DNA of 64,000 nucleotides from Heterodontus francisci (taxonomy: Eukaryota): positions 1,364,001-1,428,000 of the forward strand of contig NW_027140825.1 of NCBI RefSeq assembly GCF_036365525.1. The letters run 5' to 3'. Every line of letters starts with the position of its first letter. Within the stretch, counting starts at the first letter, position 1. Shown here piece by piece: positions 11,860 through 23,964 of this stretch. Under the pieces are notes generated by a model. It made no database searches, was not told the DNA's origin, and was given only the letters and a program-made list of their open reading frames with translations. A program made the position numbers and the translations under genes.

Positions 11860-12445
11860 GGAGGTTATGGGGAACATTTCTAAAGCTCTGGTTAGGCCAC
11901 AACTAGAGTTTTGCAGCCAGTTCTGATCACCACATTTGAGGAAGGTAGTGAGTGTCCTTGAGAGGGTGCAGAGGATATTTAACAGAATGGTTCCAGGGAT
12001 GAAGGATTTTAGCTACAAGGTTAGGTTGGAGAAGCTGGGATTGTTCTGCTTGGAGCAAAGGAGATTGAGGGGAGATTTGATGGCAGCGTACAAGATTATG
12101 ACGGATTTAGATAAGGTAGACAAAGAAAAACTTCACCCATTAGTTGTTGGTACAAGGACCAGGAGAGACAGATTTCTGGTGCTGTGCAAAAGATGCAGGG
12201 GGGGTGTGAGGGGGGACATTTTTATGCCACGTGTGGTAATGACCTGGAACTCGCTGCCTGCAAGGGTGGTGGAAGCGGAGACAATGAATGATTTCAGAAG
12301 GAAATTGGATGGACACTTGAGGCAAATTAACTTGCAGGGCCATAAGGATAGAGCGGGTGAGTGGGACTGATTGGATTGCCAGACAGAGAGCTGGCATGGA
12401 CTCGATGGGCTGAATGGCCCCCCTCTGTGCTGTATTATGATTCTA
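11860..12445 (+). mobile_element. CR1 LINE 3' fragment
   Basis: LERVQR..LEKLGLF..RRLRGDL..RVVMTWNSLP and 3' tail. Confidence 0.88.
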
Positions 12446-13827
12446 ATCCTACTCTTGTCTCTTCCCCCAAATGTAATATTTAATAATTAGTGCTACCGTA
12501 AACTCACACATGAAAGGAGGGGACCATACAGCCTGTTGTGTGAATTCCAGCTCTTTGGTAGATCTAGCCAATTAATCCTACTCCCCACCCTGTTCTTCTC
12601 ACATAACCCAGTAAACTATGTACCTTCAAACTCTCTCTATTTCCCTTTTGAAAGCTACTTTTGAAGTGAAGCTACTATTGAATCTGCTTTCAGCACCATG
12701 TCAGGCATTACATTCCAAATCACAACAACTCGCTGTTCAAACAAAATATTTCCTCATCCCCCCTTTTTTTTTCCAACGACCTTAAATCTGTGTCCTTCTG
12801 GTTACCGAACCTCCTACCACTGGAAAAAAGGGTTTCTCCCTTTTAACTCTATCGAAAGCCTTCCTGAGTTTCAGCACCTCGATTAAAATTTTCCCTGTAC
12901 CTTCTCTGCTCTAAGGAGAACAATCCCAGCTTCTTCAATCTCTTCACGATTTCTGAAGTGCCTCAACTCTGGAACCATTCCAGTCAATCTACTCTGCATT
13001 CTCTCTAGGGACTTATCCTGTTTTCCAAAGGGTGGCACCAGAGTGGAACACAATGCTGCTACTGAGGCCTAAACAGTATTTTATAAATGTTCATGATAAC
13101 AGCTTTGCTTTTTCCCTCTGTGCCTCTGTTTACAGAGCCAAAAGGATTCAGTGTGCCTTTTGATAGCCTTTTGAACCTGCCCTGCCACCTTCATAGATTT
13201 ATGAACATACATCCCCCTGGTTTCTCTGTTCCTGCACCCAATTTAAAATTGTACCGTTTGAGAAACAATGTATTGGCTCAAAGAAAATAAGGGGAGTGTG
13301 TCCGAGCCAATATTTATCCGTCATTCAACACTTCACATCCACCATTTCCGGTTATCTGGTCATTTAGTGCAATGATGCTTGTGGGATCTTGCTGTGCGCA
13401 TTTTGGCTGAAACCTTTCCCTACATTACAACAGTGACTACACTCCACAGTCAGTTCTTTAACTCTAAAGCTCTATGAGCGTAATATTGCGAAAGAAATAC
13501 CTGAACAGGTTTGGGTTTACAGTCAAGACTCTGTGAGAATGCCATGAATATTAAAATGATACAATCATTAACATAATGACTGATGCCTAATTTTGTTACA
13601 TTTTTGTTCTGAATATTGAACCATTGGAGATTTCAGGAGACTCCTCTTCACCCAGAGAATAGTGAGAATGTCGAATTCGCTTTTTTTTTTGACTCGGAGG
13701 TAAGAGTGTCACCACTGTGTAACTTCACTGAAATACTTAAACCCAAGCTGTATTTTGAGAACTGGTCTCTTTCTCAACCAGTTGAGCTGCAATTGACAGA
13801 TGCAGTTTGACAATGGTGCGTCTTTAC

Positions 13828-13879
13828 CTAGCACTCGTTAGTTTGGTACCTTTGCTGCAATACACGAAAGTGCCTTGCG
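13828..13879 (-). pseudogene. TRBJ: TRBJ pseudogene (..FVYCSKGTKLT, frameshift)
   Basis: GTKLT core and gtaaag donor present. FG lost, 1-nt insertion, degenerate RSS. Confidence 0.65.
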
Positions 13880-14329
13880 CACGTTGCTGTCCAAAATCTG
13901 CCTGTTTGCAAAGGGGCTGAACACAAGTTTAATTTTGGTCTTAACAATTGTACTTTTATTGGGACTTCCTCCCTCTGGGATTCGCCACGCTGTTGTTTGT
14001 CTTCAATTAATTTTCCCTTTATATTTTGTCTGCTTTTCCTGGTTACTTGCGAATGTGTCTTTATTTTAAGAATAAGTTTAATGAAACAACATTGATCTCC
14101 CCTTCGCCTTCTCTGCTCGAAGGAGAACAATCCCAGCTTCTCCCATTTCTACACACAAGTGAAACCTCCCCATGTCTGGTACTATTCTAGTAAATATCTT
14201 CTGCACCCTCTCTATGGCCTTGACATCCTTCCCAAAGTGTGTTAGCCACGAATTGGTCACAATACTCCAGGCGAGGCCTACCTGGTGATTAATAACAGCA
14301 AAAAATTGCATTTAACTAGCACCGTTGAT

Positions 14330-14600
14330 GCAGTGAAAAATCTCACCATCAGAGCAACTCAGACAGCAACTTGATACCGAGTTATCGAAGTAGATATTAG
14401 GGACAGGTGAACAGTCAAAGAAGTAGGTTCTAAGATGCTTCTTAAAGAAGGAGAAGAGGGAGAGAAGCAGAGGTGTTTCAGGAGGGAATTCCAGGGTTTC
14501 GGGCTCAGGCAGCTGAAGGCACATCCGCCAATGGTGGGTTCAAGGGAGCGGAGGATGCACAAGAGGCCAGAATTGTTCGGAGCACAGGGAAATCATCAGG
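14330..14600 (-). mobile_element. L2-like LINE 3' fragment
   Basis: TIGGCAFSCLSPKPWNSL..FKKHLRTYFFD, a typical L2 C-terminus. Confidence 0.65.
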
Positions 14601-14821
14601 GGTTCTTTTAGGTCCAGAGGAAGTTACAGAAATAAGGAGCCACCGCCTCACTGACAGAACAATGCACTAATCCCGCGTAATTGTCCCCTACACGTGAAAT
14701 GAATCCTTGTGTTCATCTGCTAAAATCCCTCCCAACAATTAGAAAACTGCATCCGTACAACAACAGCAGACCTTGGTCCATCCATCATTAACTGAGACCT
14801 CTTGTACTGTCAGCTACTCAC

Positions 14822-14870
14822 CCGAAACGCTTAGCTTCGTGCTTTGTTTGCTGTTATTATTGGATATTAG
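14822..14870 (-). pseudogene. Possible highly decayed J relic (STKLSVS + gtgagt)
   Basis: Only the TKLxV-like end and a phase-1 donor remain. No RSS found. Confidence 0.3.
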
Positions 14871-15685
14871 TCAATATTAAAGATGCAGACAAGTACTATG
14901 TCGTACTGCATCAGGGGATACCAATTAGAATTAAGCCTGCAGGTTGCTCAATCGTCTGCGAACACACAGAGCTGCTGGCTCTTTCCCCATAACCCTGCAT
15001 TTGTTAGCCTTCAAGTATGCATCAAATACATGTTTTAAAAGCTACTATTTAAAGCGACTTTCAGGCAGTGCATTCCACATGACAGCAACTGGCTGTGTAA
15101 AAGCAAATATTCAACTCCCTCTTTGTTTCTTTTACCAATGACAAATCTGTTCTCTTTGCTTACCGACCCTTCTCCCAGCAGAAATGAGTTATTCTTATTT
15201 ACTCTATTACAAACCATATGATTTTGGACATTTTGAATATGATATTAATTCTCACCTTAACCTTCTCTTCTCTAAGGAGAACAACCCCAGTTTCTCCAGT
15301 ATCTCCACACAATTGAAGTCATTCATCCCTGGAACCACACTAACAAATCTTCTTTAACCTTCTCTGCTCCAATGAGAACAATATTCTGCTTTTCCAGTCT
15401 CTCTATAAAGCTGAAATCCTTTCTCCCTGGTATCAATCACCCCACCACCACTTAATCCTCTCTGCATTACCCTACCAGTTTTCAGAATATATCTTGCTGA
15501 AATATTGCGAATTAAATATAATAATTATTACAATCATTTGGTAATAAGTGGGGCAACGAGGGAAATCTGGGAAGCAGGGTCAACCATGCAGCTCTGTGCA
15601 GTTATGTACTGGAGTGCAATGCCATGGATAAATATACAACTAACTTAATTGACGCACTCAAAATGTTACATTTTTTAAAACTTAC

Positions 15686-15737
15686 CCAACACTGTTAATT
15701 TGGGATGGTGGCCAAAATGAAAGTTAGTAGTTGCATC
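15686..15737 (-). CDS. TRBJ: TRBJ segment, non-canonical (DATTNFHFGHHPKLTVL)
   Basis: RSS CACAATG-12-CAGAAAACT and gtaag donor. FGHH replaces FGxG. Confidence 0.8.
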
Positions 15738-16374
15738 CACAATGCTACATTCCTATCAGAAAACTAGGATGGCCTAACAGTTCCCGTAGACTGTCAATAC
15801 TGTAGCTTGTTCACTGTATTTATTTAGTATATCAAGTGAGCATGTAGTGAAATTGTTAAGCTGTTTGGACATTGCCATGTACCTCTCACTTTGAATTCTG
15901 ATTTGAAACAGTGTTTCAGCGTAAATTTAAGTCAATTCCTTATGCACTCAATTTAGTTATTTTCTTGAAGGAAGACTAGGTGAGTTTGCCATTTCGTATC
16001 TAATCTTCTACAACCTTGACTGGATCTAGTCTTTGTTTATTACATTCAATCATTTTTGTTGAGTCAGTGTGTTAAAGGTTATGGAACCAAAGACGGTAGC
16101 TGGAGCTAAGATAAAACTCAGCCATGATTTAAGTGAATGGTGGAAGAGGCTCAAGGGATGAATGGTCCTTTGTGGCTTCTTGTGTTTGATTGGAGTCCTT
16201 TTCAAAATCGTTGACTCGGGTTTGCATCTGTTATAAACTCGACAGTGGCCCTTCCTGAGTTCAGCTTTTAAAATAATCACTACTAGTTGAGCCTTGCCTC
16301 TCTGCTTTTACATTGGTGAAGCTTAATGCTTTTACATTGAACACTGGGGGGACAAATCGCTCGGTTTTACATAC

Positions 16375-16430
16375 CCAGAACTGTTAATCTTGTCCCATCG
16401 CCAAAGCGGAGAGGTGTGCTGTTTCCAGAA
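16375..16430 (-). CDS. TRBJ: TRBJ segment (SGNSTPLRFGDGTRLTVL)
   Basis: CACAGTG-12-ATTAAAACT, FGxG motif, gtatg donor. Confidence 0.95.
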
Positions 16431-16986
16431 CACAGTGTTACAAAGCAGTATTAAAACTGCTGGGGACCAATGATTACACGATAATTCATCGAATACTCTG
16501 ACACCTTTGAACAATTATCATTCAACCAATTGCAATGTGTAGATTTGTCTGTCCTTTTCTCCACCATTCCATTTTAAAGCAGAGAAAATATGGTAACATT
16601 TGCTTAGACGTTCTTGGAGCTCTGTGCACAGTTCTGGTCTCCATATCCCTCGGTTAGACCACACTTGGATCACTGTGCACAGTTCTCGTCTTCATACATA
16701 TTTACCTATCAGGAAAGACTGAATAGCCTTTATGATAGATAAGAGAAGGCTTAGAGGTGACCTGAAAGAGGCGTCTAAGATTATGAAAGGGTTGGGGCTT
16801 CCAGAGGGTAGACACAGAGAAGTCTGGTAACGTTGTCTTTGCAAAATTGTGCATCTTGGGATTCAAATTTACTCAAGTTTTCCAGTATGTGGCCAGGTTT
16901 GTGAGTTTTGGGAGAATTACGAAGCAATGAATGAACACTTAGAGTGAATTAAATTTGAATATTGAGATCTATTCTTGTTTACCTAC

Positions 16987-17035
16987 CGAGAACGTAATCC
17001 CAGAGCCAAAGTAAGAGATCGAGGTCCCAGCTGAA
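16987..17035 (-). pseudogene. TRBJ: TRBJ pseudogene (SAGTSISYFGSG then about 7-nt deletion)
   Basis: CACAATG-12-TGTAAAACT. Only 12 nt lie between FGSG and the donor (19 in intact Js), so it is out of frame with C. Confidence 0.8.
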
Positions 17036-17059
17036 CACAATGTCACAGGCCAGTTGTAA

Positions 17060-17620
17060 AACTACCAGGGCCCTCAGTTAGGCCTGAGCTGGAGTCTCGT
17101 GCCCAATTCAGGGCACCACACTTTTGGAAGGATGTCAAGGTCTTGGAGAGCGTGCAGAGAGAGATTTACTGGAATGGTCCTAGAAATGAGGGACTCAGTT
17201 ATGTGGAAAGACTGGAGAAGGTGGGATTGTTCTCCCAGAGAAGGTGAAGGAGAGATTTAATAGTTGATTTCAAAGCCACGAAGGGCTTTGTTAGAGTCAG
17301 TAGGGGGAGACTGATTCCACTGGCCGGAGATTTCACAACCAGAGAACATAGATTTAAGGCAATTGGCAAAAGATCCAGATGTTTATTGAGGGGCCATTTC
17401 TTTACACAACGACTTGTTATGATATGGAATGCATTACCTGAAAATGTGATAGATACTGATTGCATATTGAACTTCAAAAAAGAATTGGAGCATAGTTCAA
17501 AAAGGCGAAAATTGCAGGACTGTATAGAAAGAAAAGGGGTGAGGGAGGCGAATTGGAGAACATTTCCCAACAGCCGACTCTAGTAAGATGGGCCGAGTGG
17601 TATTCTTGTGTCCAACATGC
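17060..17620 (+). mobile_element. CR1 LINE 3' fragment
   Basis: FFTQRLVMIWNALPENV..FKKEL. Confidence 0.8.
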
Positions 17621-18213
17621 ATATTTGTCGAATTATTTCCATCAACTGTTTTTTTTTAGAAGTCTGTCCCATTATCAACAGTGAGCTTTCATTCCAGAAG
17701 ATCACTGCTTCAGGACGTTAATCATAGCAAGCTGAACAAACTCTGTTTAAGAATGGGATTGAATTTTATACGGATGAAGGCAAAGCACAATCTTCTAAAA
17801 CAAAATCGAAGCGGTCATTTTTATTAATTAGTGTGAGGTTAACAATTTTATGCGGCAACAGCTCAGAATTGTTGACTTAATTTTGGCTGCAAGCCCATAA
17901 AGTATGGATTGACAAAAGTATTAGGGTCATGTCTTTCCAGCCATGTCTATCCTGGATTCTACTCCACCCAATAACCCTCCTGAGAAAAGAGCCTGAGGAA
18001 TGTCTCCCAATTCCAAAACAATTCAGCCAATCACAAGAAGGCATTTCCACCATAACATTCTACGTTAGACAACCCAATGCACTTCTCTGTCGGTTTAATG
18101 TCACACAGCATTTTCTATATTTTTGAAAGGATAATAAGATTGTCGATGTGCTGGTTGATAATTCGAAAATTGGACTGTAATGGGAAACTGCAGAATATGA
18201 TGATAGACTATCC

Positions 18214-18722
18214 CTTCTTCTTTCTTTTCTTTCTTTTGGGCCTACTTATCTCGAGAGACAATGGATACGCGCCTGGAGGTGGTCAGTGGTTTGTGAAGCA
18301 GCGCCTGGAGTGGCTATAAAGGCCAATTCTGGAGTGACAGGCTCTTCCACAGGTGCTGCAGAGAAATTTGTTTGTCGGGGCTGTTGCACAGTTGGCTCTC
18401 CCCTTGCGCCTCTGTCTTTTTTCCTGCCAACTACTAAGTCTCTTCTACTCGCCACAATTTAGCCCTGTCTTTATGGCTGCCCGCCAGCTCTGGCGAACGC
18501 TGGCAACTGACTCCCACGACTTGTGATCAATGTCACACGATTTCATGTCGCGTTTGCAGACGTCTTTATAGCGGAGACATGGACGGCCTGTGGGTCGGAT
18601 ACCAGTGGCGAACTCGCTGTACAATGTGTCTTTGGGGATCCTGCCATCTTCCATGCGGCTCACATGGCCAAGCCATCTCAAGCGCCGCTGACTCAGTAGT
18701 GTGTATCAGCTGGGAGTGTTGG
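18214..18722 (-). mobile_element. RTE-clade LINE 3' fragment
   Basis: RWLGHVSRMEDGRIPKDTLYSE..GRPCLRYKDVCKRDMK, typical of an RTE ORF C-terminus, with an AAG-rich tail. Confidence 0.85.
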
Positions 18723-18770
18723 CTGCTTCAAGGACTAGTTAGACAAACAAAGCCTTTAACATTTACATAC

Positions 18771-18826
18771 CCAAAACTGTGAGCTTGGTCCCTTGGCCAA
18801 AATATAATGGTTCGGTCTTTCCATAA
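18771..18826 (-). CDS. TRBJ: TRBJ segment (YGKTEPLYFGQGTKLTVL)
   Basis: CACAGTG-12-TACAAAACT, FGxG, gtatg donor. Confidence 0.95.
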
Positions 18827-19496
18827 CACAGTGTTACACTCCCATTACAAAACTATTCCCCTCCAGACAACCTATTGCACAAGGAGGCGGCCATTCAGCC
18901 CCTCTATCCTGCTCCTCTATTCAAAGGCTGATCTGTACCTCACTTCATTTACCAATCTGATCTCGATATCCCTCGATAACCTCCCCAAACAAAGTTATTT
19001 CCATCTCAATTTTGTCAGGTCTAATCGCCCTCCAGGATTCACAGCTTTTTGTTGAAGAGGGAGTTCCAGAGATCTTTTACAATCAATTATTATCATGTAC
19101 TTTTACTACGGATTCCTCTGCGAGAGGTGAAATCAGAGGGTTTTCCATCAAAATATCTGATGTTAGACATCCCAGTACGGCTTTAGTTTCACATAAAAAG
19201 CTACAATGAGATTCTTGATATTCCCATTGATAACTAGAATAATGGAGAGTTGTGGGCAATCACAGAATATAACAATAGACCAACAAATGGCTTTATCAAG
19301 TTTGACTATCCCAGTGGATAGTGAATGGAACAATATAACAATAGTGTTACTCTAAAAGAGAAGCAAATTAATCTCTTTTAAAGGCAGGCTGGAGATTGGG
19401 TCAAATCATTAACTAAACCCTCTCCACTCCCCATTGGAGGCAACCGAATAGCAATTAAACTGTAAAATGAATACAATGCTGAAACCGTTCACCTAC

Positions 19497-19549
19497 CGAA
19501 AACTACTAACTTGGTCCCATCGCCAAAAGTATAATCGTAGTTATTTGAG
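19497..19549 (-). CDS. TRBJ: TRBJ segment (SNNYDYTFGDGTKLVVF)
   Basis: CACAGTG-12-GTTAAAACT, FGxG, gtagg donor. Confidence 0.95.
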
Positions 19550-20049
19550 CACAGTGATGCCTGTCAGTGTTAAAACTCCCATCTAGTTAGAAATGCTCAA
19601 ATGCACCGTCTTCGAAATGATGTACTCAAATTGTAGATTTACATACTATTAATGTGTGATGTAAAGACAGCGGCAATGCACCCTAGATATTGGACAGGAG
19701 AACAACAGGTTAATTATAGGGCCTGGTGGAGGTTACAGAGACAGCGAGGTTTGTCGGGATTGGAGGATATTGCAGGGATACGGAGAGTTATAGAGGCTGG
19801 AGGCGGTTACAGGGATAGGGAGGTTTGTAGGGGCCGGAGGACATTACAGGGACAGGGAGGCCTTGGGTTGAGTTGAAAACAAATGTGAAAGATATTTAAA
19901 CCAAGATATTGCAGGTCCAGCTGCCAATATAAATCGGCGAGGTGATTCTGTGACCGAGAACATGATGTATTTTAGAGCATCTAATTTCGTCTGAGAATCT
20001 CAAGGATCCTCATTAACGAAAACAACAAAAGCTTCAGTTCTGTGCTCAC

Positions 20050-20102
20050 CTAAAACAATCAATTTTGTCCCGTCACCGAAGTAATACAGAGTATTTCCTG
20101 TA
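20050..20102 (-). CDS. TRBJ: TRBJ segment (TGNTLYYFGDGTKLIVL)
   Basis: CACAATG-12-AGTATAACT, FGxG, gtgag donor. Confidence 0.93.
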
Positions 20103-21158
20103 CACAATGTTACATGACAATAGTATAACTACAGGTCGAAGAGCAATGAAGCTGGTGCACTGATGCAAAACCTCACACAGAATGCACTGGAGATTTGACT
20201 CTTTATGTCAAGGGCATTATAATGTTAATTAGAAATTCATTGTGAGGAATAGAAAGGGAAGTTCGTTACTCAGATAGTGGTAATAATGTGGAATGCACTA
20301 CCACAGGGAATGGGTTGAGATGGATTTTGGAGATGCTTTCAAGGAGTAAATTGGAAAAAGACATGGGAGAGAAAGGAATAGAAGATTAGATGAAGTAAGG
20401 GTGAGAGGAGGCTCGTGTGCAGTTTCACCACTGGCTTGCTTACACACTGTAAATTCTATATAATTAAATGTAATTATGATGTTTTATTTCACTCATTCTG
20501 GGGGAAGAATTATGACAGCATTTTTTGGAAACAAATAATCTGCCCTCTGAGAAAACGGTTAACAAATCTGCAACTCCCTTCCTGACAGGACTGTGGAAAA
20601 ACCTACACCCCATTGAGTGCAGGGGCGATGGTTGCAAAGTGATAATGTTACTGTGCTAGTAATATTCTGGTTCAAATCCCGAGGGTCGCCAGAGGAATTT
20701 AACTTCAACTGATAAATGAAAGTCTGGTTTAACTGCATGAAACTATCGTCAATTGTCAGAAAACCCCGTCTGTTGTCATTTAAGTGACTTCAGACTTCAG
20801 TTGACTCGCAACTGCCTTCTGAAATAGCAAACCACCCAGTCCAAGGGCAATTAGGGATGGGCAACAAATCTTGGCCTTGCCAGCGACGCCCACATCTGAT
20901 GAAAAATAATGAGCTAGCAGACCACTCAGAAGACAATCAGAGATGGGCAATAAATTCTGGACCAGATGCCACGAACGAATTAAAAAAATGTCTTTCCCTG
21001 TGCATCTTAGTATTTTCCATGTATTCTGGCTTTTATGCACATTGGAAATGCTGCCTGAAATTTTTGAGTTATTTGTCAATGCAACATTTCAGTTGCAAAC
21101 TGAAACTCAGAAACAGCGTGAGCTGCAATCATTGTTTTTCAAAGAACGTCCAACTCAC

Positions 21159-21211
21159 CCAACACAGTCAGTTTTGTCCCGTCACCAAAGAAATAGTCGT
21201 AGCTTCCAGAA
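21159..21211 (-). CDS. TRBJ: TRBJ segment (SGSYDYFFGDGTKLTVL)
   Basis: CACAGTG-12-TACTAAACT, FGxG, gtgagt donor. Confidence 0.95.
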
Positions 21212-21513
21212 CACAGTGTTTCAGCCCTGTTACTAAACTAGACTGGTCCCTGAAAAGTTGCCGAATATTTGAGTGAATAATACAGCTCTTGTTTGTTTGT
21301 CCATAGTAAGATAAATGGGAGAAACTTTCCCTTCTTTAAACACATATCCAGTTCAAGAATCAGTCTTTCTCCTTCTCTCTCTCTCTGTCTCTGTTTGTAT
21401 CTTAAATGCATTGGAAAAATGTCTTTCACCAATGAACCCGGAGCCTTAAACATCTTTCCGACCATTTCAGACAACATGCATTCTCAGAATTGGCCTAACA
21501 TTCCTGGACTCAC

Positions 21514-21563
21514 CTGTCACAACTAACTTGGTACCGCTTCCGAAGTAATATTGATAGCCAGAA
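21514..21563 (-). CDS. TRBJ: TRBJ segment (SGYQYYFGSGTKLVVT)
   Basis: CACAGTG-12-AACAAAACC, FGxG, gtgagt donor. Confidence 0.95.
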
Positions 21564-22610
21564 CACAGTGAGAGACCCTTGTAACAAAACCTCACAAGGC
21601 GAGGTGCAGGTCTTGTCTATATCACACTTGGACCCTGTCCTCGAAAGCGTTTGTTGATCACATCTCCTTAATTTATATATCTCCTAATTTACATTTGTGG
21701 CTCACGAGCAAGGTCATAGAATAAGAAATATACATCACTGAAGGGGAGACCATTCGGCCCATAGGACCTCTGCTGGCTTTATGAAAGGTTTTACCATCGT
21801 CCTGTATATTTCCCTTCGAGTATCTATCAATTTCCATTTTGAAAGTTTCTCCTGAACCAACTTCCACCACCAGTTCAGATATGCCTTCCCGATCACAGTA
21901 ACTACCTCTGTGGGAGAATGTCTCTTCATCCCGCCACTGGTCCTTTATGTCAATTGCCTCAAAACCTGTGTCCTCTGGTTACCGACCCATCTACCAATGG
22001 AGACTGTTTCTGATTATTAATTCTATCCAAAACCTTCACTAATTTGAACACCTCTATTCAATCTCCATTTAACCTTTTCTGTTCTCCAGTCTCTCCAACT
22101 ATCTGAGGTCCCTCATCTCTGGTACAATTCTGGTGAATCATTTCTGCTCCCAATCTAAGGCCTCGACAACCGTCATAAAGTGTGGTACCCAGGACTGAAC
22201 ACAATACTCCAGCTGGGACCTTACCAGTGATTTGTAAATGTTAATCCTCACTTCCTCACTCAACACCTCGTGAATTCTTAACCAATGATGGTGCGTTCCA
22301 GCATCATCAACTGGTCACTTCAAACATCTTGACCCTTTTTTTGACCAAGCTCTCTCTCTATCTCACTCCTCGCATTAAACCAATAGAGTAACATTCGGGA
22401 CAGGGGTAGGCCATTCAGAGTCTGATTTCCCAGACAGCTATCACTTGTTGATTTCCACACACACAATCGGTCATTGTGAAGAAACGGATGCAGCTGAATA
22501 GGGAATATTATTAGCGTTATCTTCATATATTAATCTTGTAAATTTCAATCAGACTATACCATATCAGACGTTGCGGAATGATTCTCACTGACGCCACGTT
22601 AATCAGTTAC

Positions 22611-22662
22611 CTAAAACCACGAGGTTTGTGCCATCGCCAAATGTATAGTCATTGTTCCCTGA
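22611..22662 (-). CDS. TRBJ: TRBJ segment (SGNNDYTFGDGTNLVVL)
   Basis: CACAATG-12-AACAAAGCT, FGxG, gtaac donor. Confidence 0.93.
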
Positions 22663-23094
22663 CACAATGTTACACAGTTGTAACAAAGCTAGGGAATCTT
22701 TAACTCTCTACACGGCGGTTAATTAAGCACAGTTGCATCGTTTTGTATTGGGTTGCATTTATTACCCCGCCCTTTCCCTCTTTACCTCTTTTTGTTATTT
22801 CTTTTGTTTTGTCTCGACCTCTCCCATCTTTGTCTCTCTAATTTTCCGTCCCCTTTTCCCTGCATTTTGCTCCCAATCTGTCTCTCTGTAGATAAGGTTT
22901 GCCTCCCTAACCTTCCTCCATTTCCACCTCGCCATTGCCCTATGTTTAGTTGTTTTCACTGTTGCTTCGTTACTCTTTGTTTTTTTCTAAAGTTTATGGT
23001 CTCTCCCCTTTCTTCAAACTGATGGGGACAAACTGGCCGACAGTTTTAATAATTACTGAGACCACTGATATGTTTCAACAAATATCTCACTCAC

Positions 23095-23152
23095 CCAGGA
23101 CTGTTAACTAAGTGCCGTCTCCAAAATATGATAGCTGGGTATTTCCTGCTCC
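23095..23152 (-). pseudogene. TRBJ: TRBJ pseudogene (GAGNTQLSYFGDGT*LTVL)
   Basis: In-frame TAG after FGDGT. RSS CACATCA-12-ACGAAAACA. Confidence 0.9.
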
Positions 23153-23702
23153 CACATCATCATGTGACAACACGAAAACATTCCTCAATAGCGCCCTGCC
23201 AGTTTTCAGTGTCCATCTCATTAATATTTGATATTGCCCTTTGACAAACATGAGCTGACCATACAACAAAGTACACGCATAAAATAACCGGGTGGGGAGG
23301 TGGGGGAGAGGGGGCTTGACCATTAAAGCCAGCAACATTCACAGTACCGTCTATCCATCCATCTGTGAATATGTTAGATGTCCACAGATACAGTGCTTAT
23401 AATACTGGAAGATTTTACATGGAGTTGTTCATAATTATTAATTAACTTCTACACTCAAGTTGGGGACCAGATAGCTCAGTTGGCGAACGTGCCAGTTTGA
23501 ACAATGCTTACAGAACGGGTTCATTTCTCACCGTGTCTGGGGAAGGCAAGGGGAAGCCTCCTCATAGACACTGCTCCACATTCATGCTCCTCTCTCCTGC
23601 TGGAGAAAAGGAGCAGAGAGCCAGTACATCAGATGACCACCAGCCTGCACAGACAAGATGAACCCAGCATCCCTGGCTTCATTGAATGAAGGTCTAACTC
23701 AC

Positions 23703-23759
23703 CCAATACTGTTAGAGCCGAACCTTCTCCAAAATGTAAAGGCTGGTCGCTCCCGCCTG
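23703..23759 (-). CDS. TRBJ: TRBJ segment (GGSDQPLHFGEGSALTVL)
   Basis: CACTATG-12-ACCAAAACA, FGxG, gtgagt donor. Confidence 0.92.
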
Positions 23760-23914
23760 CACTATGCTGAACAACATTACCAAAACACACCTTTGGATAG
23801 ACCGATACACCGACAGAAAAGTAGCTACGTAGATCGATAAACATAAAGATGGATACACAGACCGATACATTGTGGATGATGGAACAATAGATGTTTATAT
23901 AGATGCTAACGTAC

Positions 23915-23964
23915 CTAAAACAGTTAACTTGGTACCAGCTCCGAAGTAGTAAATATCAGAAGAG
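23915..23964 (-). CDS. TRBJ: TRBJ segment (SSDIYYFGAGTKLTVL)
   Basis: CACAAAG-12-ATCAAAACC, FGxG, gtacg donor. Confidence 0.93.

Noticed and set aside
17860-18130. Possible additional J between 16987 and 18771
   Set aside because: No FGxG motif, phase-1 donor or 12-RSS combination found.
23460-23545. tRNA-like sequence (GATAGCTCAGTTGG...GGTTCA)
   Set aside because: Degenerate A and B boxes with no convincing cloverleaf. Most likely a tRNA-derived SINE head.
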